A program made the position numbers and the translations under genes. Below, piece by piece: positions 41,402 through 51,464 of a stretch of 64,000 nucleotides of DNA (the stretch's first letter is position 1; each line of letters opens with the position of its first letter). Below the pieces are notes generated by a model. That model had not been told where the DNA came from. It made no database searches and saw nothing but the letters and a program-made list of their open reading frames with translations. This DNA comes from Candidatus Palauibacter scopulicola (GTDB lineage Bacteria > Gemmatimonadota > Gemmatimonadetes > Palauibacterales > Palauibacteraceae), in assembly GCF_947581915.1 (NCBI RefSeq), contig NZ_CANPWG010000054.1:83513-147512 (forward strand), in the 5' to 3' direction.

Positions 41402-41962
41402 CTACTGGGTCTCGGAGAGGACCCTCTCGACGAGCGCCGCCGTTTCCGGTTCGAAGGGATGGAAGCGGCCGCCCCAGTACGCCCGAATCAGGCCCTCCGC
41501 GTCCACCAGCAGCGTGTGCGGCACGCCAGGGTAGAGGTCGAGCGCGTCCGTGAGTCCGGGGCCATCGCCGAGGAAGTTGGGATAGGTGATGTCGAACTCC
41601 TCCAGGAATCCCTCGACGAGCGCCACGTCGCCTTCGTCGATGGAAATCCCGACCACCTCGAGGGGATCCGCCGCGTACTTCGCGTGCATCTGCTGCAACT
41701 CGGGCATCTCGTCGCGGCACGGGATGCACCAGGTCGCCCACAGGTTCAGGACGACGACCCGGCCGCGGAACTCGCCGAGGTCCGCCGGCCGCCCGTCCAA
41801 ATGCGTTACTTCGAGCGGCGGGATCGGGCGGTACGAAGCGAGCGCACCATCGGCCGGCTCCGGGGTCCGCGCCGCGTCCGCCGCCGCTCCATCGCGCTCA
41901 CCCCCGCCGCAACCGGCCGCAACAGCCGCAAGGGCCACCGCCCCGAGCACCGCACGCCTCAT
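41402..41962 (-). CDS. TlpA/ResA-like thiol-disulfide oxidoreductase lipoprotein
   Basis: Lipobox AAGCGG and thioredoxin CxxC motif WATWCIPC. Confidence 0.75.
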   Translation of the reverse strand: MRRAVLGAVALAAVAAGCGGGERDGAAADAARTPEPADGALASYRPIPPLEVTHLDGRPADLGEFRGRVVVLNLWATWCIPCRDEMPELQQMHAKYAADPLEVVGISIDEGDVALVEGFLEEFDITYPNFLGDGPGLTDALDLYPGVPHTLLVDAEGLIRAYWGGRFHPFEPETAALVERVLSETQ

Positions 41963-41993
41963 CGGTCCGACTCCGGATTCTCCATCGCGTTCT

Positions 41994-42641
41994 TCATCTC
42001 CCGTCCTTCATTTCCCGTTCAAAATCCAGGTTCGTGGGCGCGGGGAAGACGCCGGGCGGGCGGGCGTACGGCTGGTCCGTGATCACGACCTCCGGCTCCG
42101 TCGTAAGCGGCACATCTTCGGCGACCGCCTCGAAGGAGAGGTCGTCCACCCACAGTTCTCCATCGCCCGTCAGCATCGCCCCGATGAGGATCGTAACCCC
42201 TTCCGGCGGGATGTCCACCACGATGTCGCGCGTCTCCCAGTCCTGCGTGCCCTCGACGCGCCGGTCCTCGCTGTTGTCCAGCGCGAGCATGGCGTACTTC
42301 CCTTCGAGGATGCCGTCCACCCGCACCCAGAGACCGCCGGAATCGACGTCGTCGGCCCGCAGGTATCCGCGGAGGCGCATCCGCTTCCCGCGGTAGGCGG
42401 TGGCATCGACGAGCTGCACGCTCGCGGCCCACTGGCTGCGGCGCCGGTTGCCCCGCGCCTCGAGCCGCATGCTGGAAGACCCGGAACGGGCGACTTCGGC
42501 GTCGAGCCTGAGGCGATAGTCCTCGGCGTCCTGTCCGACGATGACCCACGCGTCCGGCATCTGCGCGGCGAGTTCGCCGCCGGTCGCCGGAACCAGCGCC
42601 CCGAGCGCGAGCACCGCCGCCGCGGCAGACGTCCGGATCAT
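41994..42641 (-). CDS. Secreted hypothetical protein
   Basis: Internal ATG MIRTSAAAAVLALGA at 42641 gives a signal peptide and overlaps the M24 peptidase stop (ATGA). No family recognised. Confidence 0.4.
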   Translation of the reverse strand: MIRTSAAAAVLALGALVPATGGELAAQMPDAWVIVGQDAEDYRLRLDAEVARSGSSSMRLEARGNRRRSQWAASVQLVDATAYRGKRMRLRGYLRADDVDSGGLWVRVDGILEGKYAMLALDNSEDRRVEGTQDWETRDIVVDIPPEGVTILIGAMLTGDGELWVDDLSFEAVAEDVPLTTEPEVVITDQPYARPPGVFPAPTNLDFEREMKDGR

Positions 42642-44083
42642 CGCGGGATGAGCCAGAAATCGACCTGGCGGCCGTCGATGTACCATGTGCGCTCGCCGTC
42701 GAAGAAGGCGTCCTCCTCGAGCATGATGCGCACCGTCTGTCCGCCCCATTCCGGGACCGGGACGGCGGCGTTGAGTTCGATCGCGTGCGCCGTGTTCGGG
42801 AAGAGCGGATAGTCGCCGCGCCCCGGTACGCCGCCCTGGTTGTCCCAGAGACCGATCGTTGGCCCGGCGCCATGTCCGTGGAAGCCGATCGGGTGCGTGT
42901 AGATCGTCGCGTCGATCCCCTCCGCCTTCGCCTGCTCGAGCGCGCCCGCGAGGATCTCGTTCCCCGAACGCCCCACCGCGAAGTTCTCCGTGAGGATGTC
43001 CTGGAGGCGATTCCCCACGGCGAGCGCGCGCACGAGACCCGCGGGGGCCGCGTCCTCTCCCGGCCTCAGCACGTAGGCATGCTGTTGCGTGTCGGTGTTC
43101 AGGCGCAGGTACTTGATCCCCAGGTCCACGTGCAACAGGTCGCCCGGGCGGATCACGTTCTCGTCCGGAGGCGCGGAGAAATCCCCCTCCCCTTCCCTCG
43201 CGCCGCCCGCCTTCTCATGGCGCTGCACGGAGACGCTGGGCTGGAACCAGGTCGCGAGCTTGAGTTCGAGGATCCGTTCACGGTACCACCACACGACATC
43301 CTCGGTGGTGGTGACGCCGGGCTGAATCACCTTCGCGCTGAAGCCTTCGGCGATGATCCGGTGCGCGATCCGCACGATCTGGGGATAGACCTCCATCTCC
43401 TCGGGCGTCCGCGCTTCCAGCCAGCCGATGGCGAGCCCATCCGTCTCGGCCAGCCGCTCGCGGTACTTCGCCGGGAGCGCGGCCATCAGCGCGTCGTACT
43501 CCGTTCCGGTGAGCCCGTCCGCGAGCGCGAAGGTCGAGGAGCGGTTCACCGCGATGCGTTGCGGGTCGCGCTCGGCGATGACCTCCGCCACGCGCCCCCA
43601 CTGGTCCGGCTCGCTCTCAGGATCCCACGCGCGCGGGAAGGGGCCGATGTCGTAGCGGGCCACCGCGAGCCGTTCCAGCGGCTGCCCCGGCCCCCGGTCG
43701 TGGAGGATGAGGACGGTGCGCCGGCGGGCCGCCATGTACGTGGAGGGCAGCATGGTCTCGATGACCGGATCCTCGTTGTATTCGCGGGCAGCGACGATCC
43801 AGAGGTCGACCCCCTCGCGCCGCATGATCTCGGGCGCGACCGTCTCGAGCCGGCCCTCCAGCCAGCGGTCGATGACCGCGGCCCGCTCCCGCAGAGGGAG
43901 GATGACCGGCATCGCCCCATCCGTCCGCTGGGCGTCCGCGAACCCGCCTTCCGGCGGCATGGCCGATTGTGCCTTCGCCTGTGACGGTCCGAGCGCCGCG
44001 GCCAGCACGAGGAGGAGACCGGCGGAGAGGAGACCGGCGGTCTGCACCCGGCGGCCCGGGGGGCGTGGTGTCGAAACGCGCAT
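42638..44083 (-). CDS. M24 family Xaa-Pro aminopeptidase, exported
   Basis: Signal peptide, and the C-terminal pita-bread catalytic fold with metal ligands (HPIGFHGHG, E...E pattern). Confidence 0.7.
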   Translation of the reverse strand: MRVSTPRPPGRRVQTAGLLSAGLLLVLAAALGPSQAKAQSAMPPEGGFADAQRTDGAMPVILPLRERAAVIDRWLEGRLETVAPEIMRREGVDLWIVAAREYNEDPVIETMLPSTYMAARRRTVLILHDRGPGQPLERLAVARYDIGPFPRAWDPESEPDQWGRVAEVIAERDPQRIAVNRSSTFALADGLTGTEYDALMAALPAKYRERLAETDGLAIGWLEARTPEEMEVYPQIVRIAHRIIAEGFSAKVIQPGVTTTEDVVWWYRERILELKLATWFQPSVSVQRHEKAGGAREGEGDFSAPPDENVIRPGDLLHVDLGIKYLRLNTDTQQHAYVLRPGEDAAPAGLVRALAVGNRLQDILTENFAVGRSGNEILAGALEQAKAEGIDATIYTHPIGFHGHGAGPTIGLWDNQGGVPGRGDYPLFPNTAHAIELNAAVPVPEWGGQTVRIMLEEDAFFDGERTWYIDGRQVDFWLIPR

Positions 44084-44237
44084 TTCGAATCTCCCTTGGA
44101 ATGTCGACGGCCTGAACCTACCGAATCCTCCGCACCCGGGAGAGGGCCCGGGGGGACGGTGGCGGAAACGCCCCGCGGCCCGCCATCGTAGGGTCTTCCA
44201 GCCCCGGACCGGAGGGATGCCTGATGAGGGACGCCTG

Positions 44238-44486
44238 ATGAAGGAAGTCGATCCGGATCTCCTGCCCGAACTTTACTCCCGGCAGGAGATGGACAAGGCC
44301 CGCCGGCGACACCGGATCGTCGGCCGCATCGAGGGGATCGCGGCCGCCGTCGTCGCGGGCACGATCTTCAGTTTCCTGGGCTGGATTCCGACCGTCCTCG
44401 TGCTCGGCGCCGCCGGCTACCTCATCTACCGCTTCGTCCTCAAACCCCGGAAGTCGTCCAGATCGTCCGGGGACGATCCGACGTAG
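44238..44486 (+). CDS. Small hypothetical membrane protein
   Basis: 82 aa with a single TM (AAAVVAGTIFSFLGWIPTVLVLGAAGYLIY). Weak call. Confidence 0.3.
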   Translation: MKEVDPDLLPELYSRQEMDKARRRHRIVGRIEGIAAAVVAGTIFSFLGWIPTVLVLGAAGYLIYRFVLKPRKSSRSSGDDPT

Positions 44487-44498
44487 GTCCGTCCCGGG

Positions 44499-44903
44499 TC
44501 AGGGCCAGACGGCGAGCACGACGGCCTGTCCGATGAGGGCAACGGCGTTGTAGCCGAGGCTCAGGACGAAGATCCCGGGCTTGCGGTTCTCGTAGGCCAC
44601 GCCCTGGTGTCCGACGTTGAGGACGAAGCCGACCGTGACCAGCAGCCCGACGTGGACCCCGATCATGGCGCCGGAACCGCCCATCACGGCGATGAGCTGC
44701 GCCAGGATGTAGGCGGTGACGAGGGAAAGGACGAAGCTCACCCCGTGCGTCTTCATCGGGTTGAAGTCCTTCTGGATCTCCTCCGCGGTGGTCTCCATGA
44801 GCGAGAGCCACTGCTTGCCGAAGATCGGGCCGTACCACAGGAAGCCGACGATCATCGGAACGACTCCGGCGACCAGGATGGCGAGCCAGTTGACGTCTTG
44901 CAC
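44499..44903 (-). CDS. DUF1761 family membrane protein
   Basis: MQDVNWLAILVAGVV...FLWYGPIFGKQW matches the DUF1761 N-terminal signature. 4 TM. Confidence 0.6.
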   Translation of the reverse strand: MQDVNWLAILVAGVVPMIVGFLWYGPIFGKQWLSLMETTAEEIQKDFNPMKTHGVSFVLSLVTAYILAQLIAVMGGSGAMIGVHVGLLVTVGFVLNVGHQGVAYENRKPGIFVLSLGYNAVALIGQAVVLAVWP

Positions 44904-44906
44904 GGT

Positions 44907-46892
44907 CTATCTCCTTTGGAGCGGGAGGTGGATCGCCGACGGGCGGTCGGCGGCGTGATGAATCGTGTTCTCGGCCGGGACCATGCGCGTGTGGCGCCCG
45001 AGCGGTTCGCCCGTGTTGGGGTTCACGTCGAAGCGGGGATAGTTGGAACTCGAGATCTCGAGGCGGATGCGGTGGCCGGCCCGGAACAGGTTGGCCGTCG
45101 GGAAGAGCCGGATCTCCAGCTCGTAGACCTCGCCGGGCGTCATCAGCGTCTCGTGCTCGCGGGAATCCCGGTAGCGGGTGCGGAGAATGCCGTCCGTGAT
45201 ATTGAGGTCGAACCCGTCCGGAACGTCGTCGTTCGGGGGATAGACGTCGACGAGCTTGGCGGTGAAGTCGGTGTCCGGGGCGCTGGATGAGATCCACAGC
45301 GTGACCGTGACCGGGCCGATGACCTCCAAGTCCTCCGCCAGGGGCCCGGTCTCGAATACGAGCACGTCGGGCCGGTCGGCGGTGCGGCGGCCGTCGACCT
45401 CGGAGGCGAAGAAGCCGTTCTCGGAGCCGCCCTCCAGCGAGCGGAAGGTGCGCTCGCGCTGGTCGTAGCCGCCTCGCTTCAGCGCGCCGGAGAAGGCCCC
45501 GCCGATCGTGGGGACCGGGTGCGCGGGATCGTACGTGTAGGCGGTCGATCCCTCGTCGCGGCCCGGCGGCTCGCGCGTGAGCCCGCCGCCCGCGCGGAGG
45601 TGGAAGGGGGTCGCTTCGGTGCCCTCGAGCGGCCAGCTCTGCGCGGTGCGCCACTCGCCGCCGTGGAAGAGGCGTCCGTTCTCGTCCCGGCGGCCGTCGC
45701 CGCCCCCCATGACGAAGATCGTGACCGGGCCGGCGGCCTCGCCCGCCAGCCTGACGTCGCTCTCGAACAGGTCGTTCCCGCTCTGCCCCCGGAGGTGCCG
45801 GTCGAACCAGCGCAGGTGAAACTCGCGCGAGAAATCCTCGACCGCGGCTTCGGCCCCGAACTCGATGTCCCCGGCGTGTGAGCGGCTGTTGCCGCCGTGC
45901 GTCCACGGGCCCATGAGGAGCGTCATGGGCGACGACTTCCGCCGTGAGAGTTCGACGAAGCTCTGGATCGTGCCCGGGGCGTATGAGTCGTACCAGCCGC
46001 CGACGTGGAGCATCGGAATGTCCGAGGTCTCGTCGTAGTACTCGACCCAGTTGCGGCCGATGCCGCGGAAATAGTCGTCATAGTCGCCGTGGTTCTGCAT
46101 CGTGAGGTAATAGTCCTCGAAATTCGGCGCGGCGGCGAGCGGGTTCTCCCCCTTTTGGAAGGGCGTGTCCGGGAACCAGTCCGACGGCGGTTCCTCGGCG
46201 AGGCGGAGGCGGATCTCGGGGTCGTCGGCGACCGCCGCGAGCTGGAGGTGGGCCCAGCCGAGTTGCTGGCCGAGTTCGAGGGCGCCGTGGTTTCGGACCT
46301 TGTGCGTCCAGGCGTCCGAGAGTCCTCCCATCGTGAGCACGAGCGTCCTGAGCCCGGGCGGGTCGAGCTTGGCGGCGTCCGCCTGCGTGTGCGCGCCGTA
46401 GGAGGTGCCCCACATGCCGACCGAAGGCTCCGCGTAGTCCAGCCCCGTGATCCACTCGATGGTGTCGTAACCGTCGGGCGCGTCGAACTCGTGGTACTTC
46501 TGGAAGGTGCCCTCGGAGGCGTAGAGCCCGCGGGTGTCCTGCAGCACGACGACGTAGCCGTGCGTCGCGAACCAGCGCGCCTGGTCCACGAGCCCGCGGG
46601 AGGTCTTGTCGTACGGGGTCCGGTGGAGGAGGACGGGAAACGGCCCCTCGACCGGCTCGTACTCGCGGGAGGGGCGGTAGACGTCGGTCGCGAGGCGGAT
46701 GCCGTCGCGCATCTCCACCATGAGATCGGTCTCCACCTGGAGGGCGTCGTACGGTCCGCGGCCCGCGGCGTCCGCTGCGTCCAGGGCAGCCCGGGTCGCC
46801 TCGTCGGAGCGCGTCGCGTCGCCGCAGGCCGCGAGCCACAGCGCTCCCGGCAGGAGACAGGCAGCGGCGGCGCGCCTCACGTCGGGACTCAC
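44907..46892 (-). CDS. CocE/NonD family hydrolase (S15 X-Pro dipeptidyl-peptidase fold), lipoprotein
   Basis: Lipobox LAACGD. Ser-nucleophile region GMWGTSYGA. C-terminal jelly-roll domain. 661 aa. Confidence 0.75.
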   Translation of the reverse strand: MSPDVRRAAAACLLPGALWLAACGDATRSDEATRAALDAADAAGRGPYDALQVETDLMVEMRDGIRLATDVYRPSREYEPVEGPFPVLLHRTPYDKTSRGLVDQARWFATHGYVVVLQDTRGLYASEGTFQKYHEFDAPDGYDTIEWITGLDYAEPSVGMWGTSYGAHTQADAAKLDPPGLRTLVLTMGGLSDAWTHKVRNHGALELGQQLGWAHLQLAAVADDPEIRLRLAEEPPSDWFPDTPFQKGENPLAAAPNFEDYYLTMQNHGDYDDYFRGIGRNWVEYYDETSDIPMLHVGGWYDSYAPGTIQSFVELSRRKSSPMTLLMGPWTHGGNSRSHAGDIEFGAEAAVEDFSREFHLRWFDRHLRGQSGNDLFESDVRLAGEAAGPVTIFVMGGGDGRRDENGRLFHGGEWRTAQSWPLEGTEATPFHLRAGGGLTREPPGRDEGSTAYTYDPAHPVPTIGGAFSGALKRGGYDQRERTFRSLEGGSENGFFASEVDGRRTADRPDVLVFETGPLAEDLEVIGPVTVTLWISSSAPDTDFTAKLVDVYPPNDDVPDGFDLNITDGILRTRYRDSREHETLMTPGEVYELEIRLFPTANLFRAGHRIRLEISSSNYPRFDVNPNTGEPLGRHTRMVPAENTIHHAADRPSAIHLPLQRR

Positions 46893-48304
46893 GCGGGGAC
46901 TCCGACCTGGGCGCCGGCCGGTGCCGTCGACAGTGCGCTCACGAGGTCGTCGATGTGCGCGAGGTCGTCCACGCGCTCGAGCCGGGCCAGCGCGCCGTCG
47001 ATCCGCGCGTCGTCCATCACGAGGCTGGCGCAGTCGCGGAACTTGTCATGCAGTTCGTCCCGGGTGAGCGGCCGCTCCGGCCCGCCGGGATACGTGTCGG
47101 CCTCGGTGTGAAGCTCGGTCCCGTCGCGGAGCCGCACGTCGATCGCGCTCCGCATGCGGTCGTACCCGCGGGCGTCGATCTCCTCGTCGAATTGGACGGT
47201 CACGCGGCGCATCATGTCCGCCGCCTCGCCGGAGAGGACGAAGTCGTCGTGGAATTCGCGGATCCCGGCCCGCCGCCGCAGGACGATGCTCGAGAGGACG
47301 AAGGGGATGCAGAACTTGGCCTCGAGTTCGTTGCGGGGCACGGGATAGCGGAGGGGGTTCAGGATATTGTGCCCGGCGCGGAAGGTGATGTGCGCGACGT
47401 CGTCCGGCGCGAGGTCGTGCTCGGTGACGAGTTCGAGCATGGCCGCCATGCTGGGGTGGCCGAGGCTCCCCGAGGGGAACGGCTTCACGGAGACACCGGG
47501 GTCGAGCAGCGTGTAGGGGGAGCCCAGCGCGCCGACCAGCCGCTCGGGCTCGAAGCCGCCGCCGAAGACGCGGAAGAAGCCCCACGGCGCCTCCAGCGCG
47601 TCGTGCCCGGCCGTGAAGCCGCGGGCGGCGAGGTCGACCGCCAGGATGCCGTTTTCCGCCGCCCGGCCCGCGTGGAGCGGCTTCGTCATGGTGCCGAACC
47701 CGAGCCGGATGCCCGACGAGAGGCTGGCGGCGATCCCGAGCGCCATCCCGAGTTCGTCCGCCCGCAGCCCGGCGAGTTTCGCGGCGGTGGCGCAGGCGCC
47801 GAGCGTGCCGATCGTCGCCGTCGAGTGGAAGCCCTCCATGTAGTGCCGCGGGTCGATCGCCTCGGCAATCTTGCACTCCACTTCGAACCCGATGAGGAAG
47901 GCCTCCAGGAACCCGGCCCCGGTGGCCCCTTCCCTCTCCGCCAGCGCGTATCCCGCCGCGAGCGGCGCGACCGTCGGGTGCGTGAGGAGTCCGAAGATGC
48001 GGTCGGGCGCGTTCGAGAGCTGCGTGTCGTCGAAGTCCATCGCGTGGCCCGCCGTGCCGTTGGCGCGCGCCGCGAGCGACGCCGGGGCGCGCGCGTCCGG
48101 CGGGCCGATGATCGTCGCCTGCGCGTTCCCGCCCTGTACCGCGATCTGGTCCCGGACGATGCGGGCACAGGCGTCCGTCGACCCGGCGAGGATCACCCCC
48201 GTCCCGTCGGTGACACAGCGCCGCCCCTCGGACAGCAGCCGCTCCGGGAAATGGTCCATCGTCGTCTCGAGAATGAAGTCGGTGACCGCGCGCGTCGCGC
48301 TCAC
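46889..48304 (-). CDS. MmgE/PrpD family protein (2-methylcitrate dehydratase-like)
   Basis: The GTG at 48304 overlaps the tctA stop (GTGA). MmgE/PrpD N- and C-domain signatures. The 755-aa ORF in the track is upstream read-through. Confidence 0.75.
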   Translation of the reverse strand: MSATRAVTDFILETTMDHFPERLLSEGRRCVTDGTGVILAGSTDACARIVRDQIAVQGGNAQATIIGPPDARAPASLAARANGTAGHAMDFDDTQLSNAPDRIFGLLTHPTVAPLAAGYALAEREGATGAGFLEAFLIGFEVECKIAEAIDPRHYMEGFHSTATIGTLGACATAAKLAGLRADELGMALGIAASLSSGIRLGFGTMTKPLHAGRAAENGILAVDLAARGFTAGHDALEAPWGFFRVFGGGFEPERLVGALGSPYTLLDPGVSVKPFPSGSLGHPSMAAMLELVTEHDLAPDDVAHITFRAGHNILNPLRYPVPRNELEAKFCIPFVLSSIVLRRRAGIREFHDDFVLSGEAADMMRRVTVQFDEEIDARGYDRMRSAIDVRLRDGTELHTEADTYPGGPERPLTRDELHDKFRDCASLVMDDARIDGALARLERVDDLAHIDDLVSALSTAPAGAQVGVPA

Positions 48305-49893
48305 TCGCGCTCCTCTTGCCGGGGTTCGTGGTCGTGCCTGCCGGATTCGTCGTGTGTGTCGGGTCCGTCGTGTGTGTCGGGTCCGTCGTCTGCGTCGGGT
48401 CCGGAGTCGGACGACCCCGTCCTCCCGGATACCAGGCGGCTGCGGACCGCCGGGGCCGCGAAGCTCACCACCGCGAGCAGGACCAGCACCAGGCTGATCG
48501 GGCTCTCCAGGAAGATCGAGTGCGACCCCGACGACAGGCTCAGGGCCCGCCGGTAGTTCGTCTCGATCATGGGGCCGAGGATGAGGCCGAGCACCGCCGG
48601 CGCCAGCGGGTAGCCGCCCCGCAGCATAGCGAAGCCGACGAGCCCGAAGAAGAGGGCGGCCCACGCATCCGCCGCGTTGCCGCGGAGGGAGAAGGTGCCC
48701 ACGAGCGAGATCGCGACGACGAGCGGCATCAGGATCGATGGCCGCAGCCGCACCACCCGCGTCCAGAGGGGGATTCCGAGCCGCCCCACGGCCAGCATGA
48801 GCAGCACCGCCACCAGGAATCCCGCGTACAGCGCATAGACGAGTTCGGAGCGCTCGGTCATGAGCAGCGGGCCGGGCGCCACGCCCTGCACCGTGAGGCC
48901 GCCGAGGAGGACCGCGGCGCTGGCGGACCCGGGGATCCCGAGCGCGAGAAGCGGGATCATCGCCGCCCCCACGCACGAGTTGTTGGCGGCCTCCGGCGCG
49001 GCGATGCCCGCCGGTACGCCCGTCCCGAACCGCTCCGGCGTCTTCGAGACGCGCCGCTCCTCGTTCCACGCCACGATGGAGGCGATCGTCGCCCCGGCCC
49101 CGGGGATGGCCCCGATCAGGCCCCCGATGGCGGAGCCCCGCAGAATCGTGCGCCACAGTCCGAACAGTTCGCGCGCCTTCGGGAGCGCGCCGGCGATGCC
49201 GTCTCCGGGGGGCGTCGGCCGGCGGCGGCCGGTCACCGCCTCCAGCGCCTCCGCGATCGCGAAGAAACCGATCAGCATCGGGACGAGCCCGAGGCCATCC
49301 ATGAGGGCATTCGTACCGAACGTGAGCCGCGGGGCCCCCGTGAGCACGTCGAGCCCGACGATGAAGAAGAGGAGTCCGAGGAGCGCGCTCACGACCCCCT
49401 TGAACGGGTCCTTTCCCACGAGGTTCGCGACGATGGAGAGCCCGAACACGCCGAGCCCGAAGTACTCCGCCGGCCCGAAGGCGATCGCCGCCCGCGAGAG
49501 CGGCCCCAGGGCCAGGACGAGGAGGACGGTGCCGAGGAGCCCGCCGCTCATGCTGGAGAAGAGGGAGATCCCGAGGGCGCGCCCCGCCTCGCCGCGCCGC
49601 GTCATCGCGTAGCCGTCGAAGGTCGTGGCGAGGGCGGGCGAACTCCCCGGCACGCCGATCGCGATCGCGGTGATCGAACCGCCGTACTCGGCCGCCATGT
49701 AGATCGAGACCATCATCAGGAGCGCCGGCGTCGGGTCGAGAGCGAAGGTGACGGGGAGGACAAGCGCGAGTCCCACCGTCGAACTCAGCCCCGGCATCGC
49801 GCCCGCGAACACGCCGAGGAGGCTCCCCGCGAGGAGCGCCGCGAGGTTCCCCGGCTGGAGCGCCGTCAGCAGGCCGTCGAGGAAGGCGGACAC
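48301..49893 (-). CDS. tctA: Tripartite tricarboxylate transporter large permease TctA
   Basis: About 12-18 TM. Typical TctA Gly/Pro-rich repeats (GAIPGAGAT, GIPGSASAA). C-terminal Asp/His-rich tail from a 21-nt DNA repeat. Confidence 0.85.
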   Translation of the reverse strand: MSAFLDGLLTALQPGNLAALLAGSLLGVFAGAMPGLSSTVGLALVLPVTFALDPTPALLMMVSIYMAAEYGGSITAIAIGVPGSSPALATTFDGYAMTRRGEAGRALGISLFSSMSGGLLGTVLLVLALGPLSRAAIAFGPAEYFGLGVFGLSIVANLVGKDPFKGVVSALLGLLFFIVGLDVLTGAPRLTFGTNALMDGLGLVPMLIGFFAIAEALEAVTGRRRPTPPGDGIAGALPKARELFGLWRTILRGSAIGGLIGAIPGAGATIASIVAWNEERRVSKTPERFGTGVPAGIAAPEAANNSCVGAAMIPLLALGIPGSASAAVLLGGLTVQGVAPGPLLMTERSELVYALYAGFLVAVLLMLAVGRLGIPLWTRVVRLRPSILMPLVVAISLVGTFSLRGNAADAWAALFFGLVGFAMLRGGYPLAPAVLGLILGPMIETNYRRALSLSSGSHSIFLESPISLVLVLLAVVSFAAPAVRSRLVSGRTGSSDSGPDADDGPDTHDGPDTHDESGRHDHEPRQEERE

Positions 49894-49903
49894 GGGCGGC
49901 CGA

Positions 49904-50428
49904 TCAGAAGCCGGACGGGAGCGGCACGCCGAGCGCCACCATGAACACGAGATAGATGAAGGCGGCGAAGGCGAGCGGCACGGCGATGAGCGCGAGCCGC
50001 GAGCGTTCGCCCGTCAGCCACATCAGCCCGGCGACGAGGAGCGGAACCGACACGACCGTCCCGAGCCGGGGCCAGATGAGGAGGAAGACCGCGATCCACG
50101 CCGCGCCCAGCCCCAGCCGGGCGTCGCGGCCGGCTCCCGGGCGACCGGCTCCCGGGCTCCCGACGACGTTCCCGCGGGAACGTCCGGCGTCCAACTCCGG
50201 CGGCTGTCGCGCGGCCCGGACTGCGAGCCAGGCCGCGCAGCCCATGAGCAGCACGGCGAGCAGCCGGGGGAAGAAGGCCGGGCCCGGCGCCCCCTCCGCC
50301 AGCGATCCCGGGTAGGAGCGCGAGTCCAGCAGGATTCCCGCCGCCACGACGGCGAGCAACCCGGCCTCCGCGAGCAGGCGCAAGCGCGCGGCCCCGCCCG
50401 CCGGGGCACTACCCATCCAGGATTCCAA
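49904..50428 (-). CDS. tctB: Tripartite tricarboxylate transporter small permease TctB
   Basis: 174-aa, 4-TM protein located between tctC and tctA. Confidence 0.6.
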   Translation of the reverse strand: MESWMGSAPAGGAARLRLLAEAGLLAVVAAGILLDSRSYPGSLAEGAPGPAFFPRLLAVLLMGCAAWLAVRAARQPPELDAGRSRGNVVGSPGAGRPGAGRDARLGLGAAWIAVFLLIWPRLGTVVSVPLLVAGLMWLTGERSRLALIAVPLAFAAFIYLVFMVALGVPLPSGF

Positions 50429-51377
50429 GCCGCCGCAGCATGTCCCGGCTCGTCGCCACCTCCTCGGCCATCCAGGCGCCGAAGACGTCCGCGTCCGCCA
50501 TCGTCGCGTATTCCAGCGCGGCCCGCTCCATGTACTCGCGGAACCCCGGGTCCTCGATCGCGGCCATCAACCGCACGCGCAGCTCCGCGCGCAACTCCGG
50601 ATCCAGCCCCGGCGGGCCCACGACCCCGCGCCAGTGGACCGGAGCCAGGTCGTATCCCTGCTCCGCGTAGCTCGGCGTGTCCGGGAGCGCCTCGACGGGA
50701 AGCGCCACCCCCAGCACCCGCATCGTCCCCGCCCTCAGGTGCTCGCGCACGATGTTGTAGTTCGTGTGCGCCGCATCCGTGTGCCCGCCGAGCGCCGCCA
50801 CCACGGCGTCGGCCGACCCCTCGTACGCGATCCACCGCACGTCCGGGTCCCCCGCCGCGGCCCGCAGGCGGGCGAAGCCGAGGAAGTGCGCCGACGCCGC
50901 CCCGAACCCCGACACCGAGACCTCGCCCGGCCGCGCGTGCGCCGCCTCGAACAGGTCGCTGAGCGTGTGGAAGGGACTGTCGTCCCGCACCGCGACCAGG
51001 AAGGGGTCGATCTGGATGCGGAGGATGGGGGTGAAGTCCCCGGGGGAGAACGGAATCCGCCCCGTCGCCATGTTCACGGTGCCGCTCGCCGTGAAGACGC
51101 CGAGCACGTGCGGGTCGCCCTCCCGTCCCTGCAGGTACTGCATACCGGCGGCCCCCGCCCCGCCCTGCCGGGTCATGACGGTGACGCGCCGACCATCGAA
51201 GTGTGGCGGCGCCGCGTCGGCCAGCGCCCGCGAGAGGAGGTCCGTCGGCCCGCCCGGCGTCGCCCACGACACGATCTCGATCGCCCGACTCGGAAACGCC
51301 GCCGCCTCCCCGGACGGCGAACACCCGACCACGGCGGCCAACACCAAGGCCATACCCGCCCATCTCCTGACATCCAT
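50409..51377 (-). CDS. tctC: Tripartite tricarboxylate transporter substrate-binding protein TctC (Bug family)
   Basis: ATG at 51377 MDVRRW with a signal peptide (lipobox VVGCS). Bug/TctC periplasmic-binding fold. The long 666-aa ORF is an upstream extension. Confidence 0.75.
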   Translation of the reverse strand: MDVRRWAGMALVLAAVVGCSPSGEAAAFPSRAIEIVSWATPGGPTDLLSRALADAAPPHFDGRRVTVMTRQGGAGAAGMQYLQGREGDPHVLGVFTASGTVNMATGRIPFSPGDFTPILRIQIDPFLVAVRDDSPFHTLSDLFEAAHARPGEVSVSGFGAASAHFLGFARLRAAAGDPDVRWIAYEGSADAVVAALGGHTDAAHTNYNIVREHLRAGTMRVLGVALPVEALPDTPSYAEQGYDLAPVHWRGVVGPPGLDPELRAELRVRLMAAIEDPGFREYMERAALEYATMADADVFGAWMAEEVATSRDMLRRLGILDG

Positions 51378-51464
51378 GGAGGGAATGTGACGTCTTGGTC
51401 CTGGACAGGCCACGGGAGGTGGGAGCACATCGAAAACACCGCTCTGACGGGTTATGTTCGACCG

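Noticed and set aside
46889-49156. 755-aa ORF for the MmgE/PrpD gene, and the 666-aa ORF for tctC (50409..52409)
   Set aside because: In both cases the family-matching region and signal peptide begin well inside. The upstream extensions run antisense through neighbouring genes. Starts were re-set to 48304 and 51377.
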